This document shows positions 29,742 through 33,689 of a stretch of 33,689 nt of DNA, in pieces. Both the position numbers and the translations under genes were made by a program. The notes below the pieces were generated by a model, which was given only the letters and a program-made list of their open reading frames with translations, did not search any database and had not been told where the DNA came from. Positions within the stretch are counted from its first letter, which is position 1; each line of letters starts with the position of its first letter. The DNA is from an uncultured Caldilineaceae bacterium (GTDB lineage: Bacteria > Chloroflexota > Anaerolineae > 4572-78 > J111): assembly GCA_964505845.1 (NCBI GenBank), contig CAZDMM010000003.1, positions 2,139 to 35,827 on the forward strand, in the 5' to 3' direction.

Positions 29742-32700
29742 CTAAGGCCGGTCAATTCCGTCTATATCGTTACCACCCAGGCCAAAGGCGGCGCCGTCAA
29801 AGTAGAGGCTGCCCGAGGTGCAGGCGGTATTCGGCCCGGTGGTAGGCGCAGCGCAGATAAAGACATCGTCATTCTGGGCGTCTACCCCAGGATTGGGCGG
29901 GATAAAAGGCGCCGCAACGTCGCCGGTGGTGCTCAGGTAAATATCGCCGCCAAAACTGGAGACGGCGTCAATATTCTCACCGGCCGCGCCCAGCCCCACG
30001 TCAGAGCCATCAAAGTACATGCCCCAGGCCCCGCTGGTGTAGAAGTTGGGCGTGGCGGGGGTAAAGGCCAGAATATCCTGGCCCACGCCAGACACGCCGC
30101 CGGGCACAGTTACCGGCCCTCTGGTAGAGATCAACAGCGTGCCGTCAGGGAGCAGGTCTATAGCGTCCACATCCTCGCTGGGGGTGGTCAGGCCGACGTC
30201 CACCCCTCGCAGGAACATGCTGAAGGTTCCGGCCGTAGTCGCGCCATAGGCGCTGCCGGTAAATTTAACAATATCGGAGTCATCCACCGGGTCCAGGATG
30301 TTATCGCCGTTGAGATCAAGGCTGGCCGCCGACTCAAAGGAGATGAGGATGGCGCTGCCGCCGTCAACGATATCGAAGGCGTCCAAATCCTGCCCGCCGT
30401 TGATACCTACGTCAGAGCCATCAAAGACCATCATGAAGGTATCGGTGGCATCGTTAAAGCCGAGGATGTCTTCATCACGCACGCCGCTGACCGCGCCAAC
30501 CGTATAACCGGCCACGCCGCCGTTGTTGACCAGCGAGAGATAGAGATCGGCCACCGGTAAGCTGCCAGCCGGGTTGACCGTGACCGTGACCAGGTCGCTG
30601 GCGGTAAGCTGGCCATCATAGGCCGTCAGGGTGAGGGTGTAGAGACCGGCGGCGGCAAAGGTGGCGGTAGGGGTGATAACGTTGGGGTTAGGGGCAAAGG
30701 TAACTGCCCCCGGCCCGCCGGTTACCGTCCAGGTGATGATGAGGGTGGGGTTGACCAGGCCGTCGTCGTTGACGGTCCCGCTCAGATTGACTGCCGCCGG
30801 CAGGGTAATAGTTTGGGCCAGGCCGGCCTCAACCACCGGGGCCAGGTTAAACGAGCCGCCGGCGCTGCAGCCGGGAGCCGGGGCCAAGCCGGGCTGCTCA
30901 TCCGCCCCGATGTCGTACAGATCGTTGAAAGGCCGCCCGTCGTGGTCATAATCATCACAGGCCGCCGCCGCGCCGCTGCCCAGGGGGTCTAGCGCAGCTC
31001 CGGTATCAACGGCCGGCGCCGCCGCCTGAGTATGATAGTTGCCCTGCAAGGTGATTGGCTGCGGAACGGTGACCATGATGACGGTAATAAAGTCGGGTTC
31101 CATGCGGAAGGGCACGGCGCTGAGCTGGGTAACGTAATGGCTGGGGAACAGGGCGTTCAGATCACCGCAGGCCAGATTGGTGGCATGCGGGGCAAAGCTT
31201 TCGGTCACATCGTTAGGGTCGGTTAGCAGCGAGGCGGTGGGGTGCAGCACCTGGCCCGCGCCGCCGGCAAAAACCTGCAAATCAAAGATGCTGTTGAACA
31301 GCAGGTTGGCCCCATCCCAGGTGTAAGCCTGATTCTCACAGATGATATTGTTGAACATCACCGGGTCTACGTAACCGCCCGGCCCGATGCCAAGATAAGC
31401 CTCAAAACCGGCGCTGTAGGTTTCAACGGCCACGCCGGCCCCGTTGGGAATATGGTGGCGGCCATTGGCGTCTTCGGAGGTGGAGGTATTGGCGTTGCGG
31501 GCGATGGTGTTGTTAACAATGGTCACGGCCGAGGCGTCGTCCAGGGCAATGCCGCCGCCAAAATCGGTGGAGACGTTGTTGACGATGATGTTGTTGCTGA
31601 TGTTGATGGCAAAGTCGAGCGGCTGCAGCAGCCTGACCCCGCCGCCGTCGTCGTTGGACATGTTGCCCTGGATCAGGTTGTGGTCAATGTCAACCTCGCC
31701 CGCGCCGGCGGTGAAAGTGGCCGGGGCTACCGGCTGCTCGCCGGCAATCATCACCCCGCCGCCTTCGTCAAAGGCGTTGTTAAAATAGACCAGGTTGTGG
31801 TGGATGCGGCCGCGCCGGCTCAGGCCAAAGTGGGAGATACCGCCGCCGTATTCGCCGGAGTAGTTGCCGCAGATTTCGTTGTGGGCAATTTCGTAATCGT
31901 TGGCGCCATTAAAGATACCGATGCCGCCGGCCAGGCTGAAGCCGCCGTTGTTGAGGATGCGGTTGTGATGGATGCGAATGTTATCGTTATTGTTGTCACC
32001 CCGGTACGGTTCACCCAGGGTAATACCGCCGCCGAAGTTGCCGCCGTTGCTCTGGATGACGTTGTTGCTAATTACCGCAAACTCGCCGTTGAGGTCCACG
32101 TGGACGCCGCCGCCAACATCCTGCTCGTCGCGGGCGTTGGAGATGCGGAAGCCGTCAATTTGCGGGTGCAGGAGTGCAGTAAACTGGCCGGGTGCGCCGC
32201 CGACGATATTGATGCCGACAGGGTCGAGGATAAAGCGCTGATCGAGCACGGAACCGCCGGTACCAAACCCGTCGTTTACGCCCGGACCGTAGCCTTGCAG
32301 GGTAACGGCCTTGTTCAAGTTGACCGCGCCAAAGTGCTGACCGGGGGTCAGGACAATCAGGTCGCCCGGGGCGGCTGCGTCAATCGCGGCCTGGATCGAG
32401 TCGCCGGGGTCAACGATAAAGTCAGGCGTCGCCCCGACGTGGAAGGTGATGCCGGTCTGGCTGATCTTGCCGTTGCCGGCAGTCACCAGCAGTTGGCCGG
32501 GGCCGTTGGCAAAGCCGGGCGGAATGGTCACCTGAATGGATGTATCCGACCAACTGGATACCGCCAGCGGGCTGCCGTTAATCGTCACCGCGCCGCTGCC
32601 CTGAGTGGCCCCAAAGCCGGCGCCGGTGATGGCAATGAGGGAGGGGCTGCCGGCATTGCCGTAGGGTGGGTCCACCACAAAGACCTGCGGCTGGTCGGCG

Positions 32701-33689
32701 GCCGGCAGGCACAGGGCCGGCTGGCCAAACTGGGAACCAGGGAAGGCGGTAAAGGCGGTAATGGGGAAGAGGGCCACGTCGGCGAAGGTGGTTTTGCCCG
32801 GCCAGACGTCAAAGACAAAGGTGATGGTCTGGTAGTTAGGGTTGAAGTTAGGGCTGGGATTGTCCGGGTCACCGGGGTCGTTGCCGATCACCCGGTACAT
32901 CCCCGGGCAAACGCCGGAGGGGATGGGACAATTAGCCGTGTAAGTGGAAGGCAGCACGACTTCAAAAATACCGTTCTGGTCGGTGGTGAGCATGGTGATC
33001 AAGCGGCCGCTAAAGTCGCGGATGCCGACGGAGGTGTTGGGGATGCCCCGCTTCTCGCCGTAGTAGATCAGGCCGGGGTCGGTCTCGATGTTGAGATCGT
33101 CCAGCAGGAAGCCGTAGATGCGGCCAGCCGTCGGCACGGCTTCGCTGGTGGTCCAGTTGCGGGTCGCCGCGTCCCCATCGTCGTCACTATCGCTGAAGAG
33201 GAAGAAATCGGCGGCCGCGTTCTGCTGGTCTTGCAGAGTGACCAGCCTTTTGTTACACAGCGGCATGTTCTGACCGTCATAGGGGTTGCGCGAATCGCTG
33301 ACCAGGTGGAGCGGGCCAACACATTCCGCCGGCGGGAAGGCCGGGATAAATTCGTTGCCTTCGTCGGTGTTCTGGTCTTCTTCTTTGAGGATTTGGTAAT
33401 AGGGCGGCGTCACCACCTCGACGACGTAGTCGCCAGCAGGCAAGCCATCTTCTTCCACCGCTCCCTCTGCGCCCAAGAAGGGGGTCCAGTAACTCTCAAA
33501 GGCGTAGCCGCCATCAAAGACGCCATCCTTAACCTCGTTAGAGATGTTGGGGACTTCGATACAGTTGGGGCCTAAGTTCAACGGGTCGGGCAGCGGCGCA
33601 CCGTTGGAATCAAGCGCGTCACAGCCAGTGGGATGTTCCCAGGAGTCCGTCTGGACTTCATTCAGGAGAACATCATCGCTCGACGGTGT
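29742..33689 (-). CDS. Giant secreted/surface protein, 5'-truncated by the window edge: SdrD/Cna-B-like and IPT/TIG domains, parallel beta-helix (PbH1) repeats, a PKD-like domain and four C-terminal repeat modules of about 65 aa
   Basis: I translated 33582-33689 by hand. The frame stays open to the window edge (TPSSDDVLLNEVQTDSWEHPTGCDALDSNGAPLPDP-LNLGPN...), so the TTG at 33581 is not the start. PbH1-like repeats NxIxxNxxxxxGGG(I/V) occur at least 6 times. IPT-like motif SLIAITGAGFG...VTINGSPL...VTIPPG. Confidence 0.8.
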   Translation of the reverse strand, partial: TPSSDDVLLNEVQTDSWEHPTGCDALDSNGAPLPDPLNLGPNCIEVPNISNEVKDGVFDGGYAFESYWTPFLGAEGAVEEDGLPAGDYVVEVVTPPYYQILKEEDQNTDEGNEFIPAFPPAECVGPLHLVSDSRNPYDGQNMPLCNKRLVTLQDQQNAAADFFLFSDSDDDGDAATRNWTTSEAVPTAGRIYGFLLDDLNIETDPGLIYYGEKRGIPNTSVGIRDFSGRLITMLTTDQNGIFEVVLPSTYTANCPIPSGVCPGMYRVIGNDPGDPDNPSPNFNPNYQTITFVFDVWPGKTTFADVALFPITAFTAFPGSQFGQPALCLPAADQPQVFVVDPPYGNAGSPSLIAITGAGFGATQGSGAVTINGSPLAVSSWSDTSIQVTIPPGFANGPGQLLVTAGNGKISQTGITFHVGATPDFIVDPGDSIQAAIDAAAPGDLIVLTPGQHFGAVNLNKAVTLQGYGPGVNDGFGTGGSVLDQRFILDPVGINIVGGAPGQFTALLHPQIDGFRISNARDEQDVGGGVHVDLNGEFAVISNNVIQSNGGNFGGGITLGEPYRGDNNNDNIRIHHNRILNNGGFSLAGGIGIFNGANDYEIAHNEICGNYSGEYGGGISHFGLSRRGRIHHNLVYFNNAFDEGGGVMIAGEQPVAPATFTAGAGEVDIDHNLIQGNMSNDDGGGVRLLQPLDFAINISNNIIVNNVSTDFGGGIALDDASAVTIVNNTIARNANTSTSEDANGRHHIPNGAGVAVETYSAGFEAYLGIGPGGYVDPVMFNNIICENQAYTWDGANLLFNSIFDLQVFAGGAGQVLHPTASLLTDPNDVTESFAPHATNLACGDLNALFPSHYVTQLSAVPFRMEPDFITVIMVTVPQPITLQGNYHTQAAAPAVDTGAALDPLGSGAAAACDDYDHDGRPFNDLYDIGADEQPGLAPAPGCSAGGSFNLAPVVEAGLAQTITLPAAVNLSGTVNDDGLVNPTLIITWTVTGGPGAVTFAPNPNVITPTATFAAAGLYTLTLTAYDGQLTASDLVTVTVNPAGSLPVADLYLSLVNNGGVAGYTVGAVSGVRDEDILGFNDATDTFMMVFDGSDVGINGGQDLDAFDIVDGGSAILISFESAASLDLNGDNILDPVDDSDIVKFTGSAYGATTAGTFSMFLRGVDVGLTTPSEDVDAIDLLPDGTLLISTRGPVTVPGGVSGVGQDILAFTPATPNFYTSGAWGMYFDGSDVGLGAAGENIDAVSSFGGDIYLSTTGDVAAPFIPPNPGVDAQNDDVFICAAPTTGPNTACTSGSLYFDGAAFGLGGNDIDGIDRP

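Noticed and set aside
31242-33575. 777-aa ORF on the + strand, antisense to the giant beta-helix gene
   Set aside because: Its composition (runs of V, A, G, D, R) is typical of a shadow frame in GC-rich DNA. It has no start context or recognisable domains, whereas the minus-strand frame has clear repeat and domain structure.
22738-33689. Five neighbouring secreted proteins end in (R/K)P (IFKP, MYKP, IARP, RTRP, IDRP); considered as a C-terminal tag
   Set aside because: Two residues are too little to support a signal. One case (MYKP) is created by the duplication junction and another belongs to a longer recognisable C-terminal domain. It would only be worth revisiting if a proteome-wide test shows enrichment.

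Overview
Visibly GC-rich bacterial chromosomal fragment with AT-rich intergenic islands. Monoderm-type surface features (LPXTG anchor, LysM, lipobox on a binding protein) and families of short intergenic hairpin repeats suggest a Chloroflexota-like organism, but this is inference only. No rRNA, tRNA, CRISPR array, transposase or integrase was seen.

Left third (1-12.65 kb, + strand) is ordinary transport and metabolism:
- two tandem leaderless NMT1/THI5-like paralogs;
- a polar-amino-acid ABC system (LysM plus tandem-domain binding protein, permease, ATPase, permease);
- a NodB-type deacetylase;
- a PotABCD-type ABC system;
- a GntR/FCD regulator.

Right two thirds (12.68 kb to the window edge) is one co-directional minus-strand cluster of about 21 kb with gaps of 3-153 nt. 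In transcription order it contains:
- a giant beta-helix/IPT/PKD surface protein, 5' end off-window;
- three tandem two-domain cupredoxin (multicopper-oxidase-like) paralogs;
- a membrane-anchored hypothetical protein;
- an anchored CopC;
- a 584-bp tandem duplication of a small secreted protein;
- a CopC-CopD-YtkA-like fusion;
- an S8 subtilase with a DUF11 tail;
- a Pro-rich protein with two FxLYD-like domains;
- an LPXTG/DUF11 protein;
- a 5-TM protein with two H-x13-H helices;
- a 12-heme c-type cytochrome;
- a Crp-family regulator.

Main candidate for something undescribed: the three oxidase paralogs carry complementary rather than complete copper-ligand sets. One keeps only the domain-1 half (T1 site plus 4 cluster His). 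One keeps only the domain-2 half (4 cluster His, T1 Cys replaced by Ser). One keeps neither. This suggests a heteromeric split multicopper oxidase, embedded with copper-handling proteins and a putative heme b / multiheme c electron conduit. All functional calls come from motif reading by eye; no searches were run.
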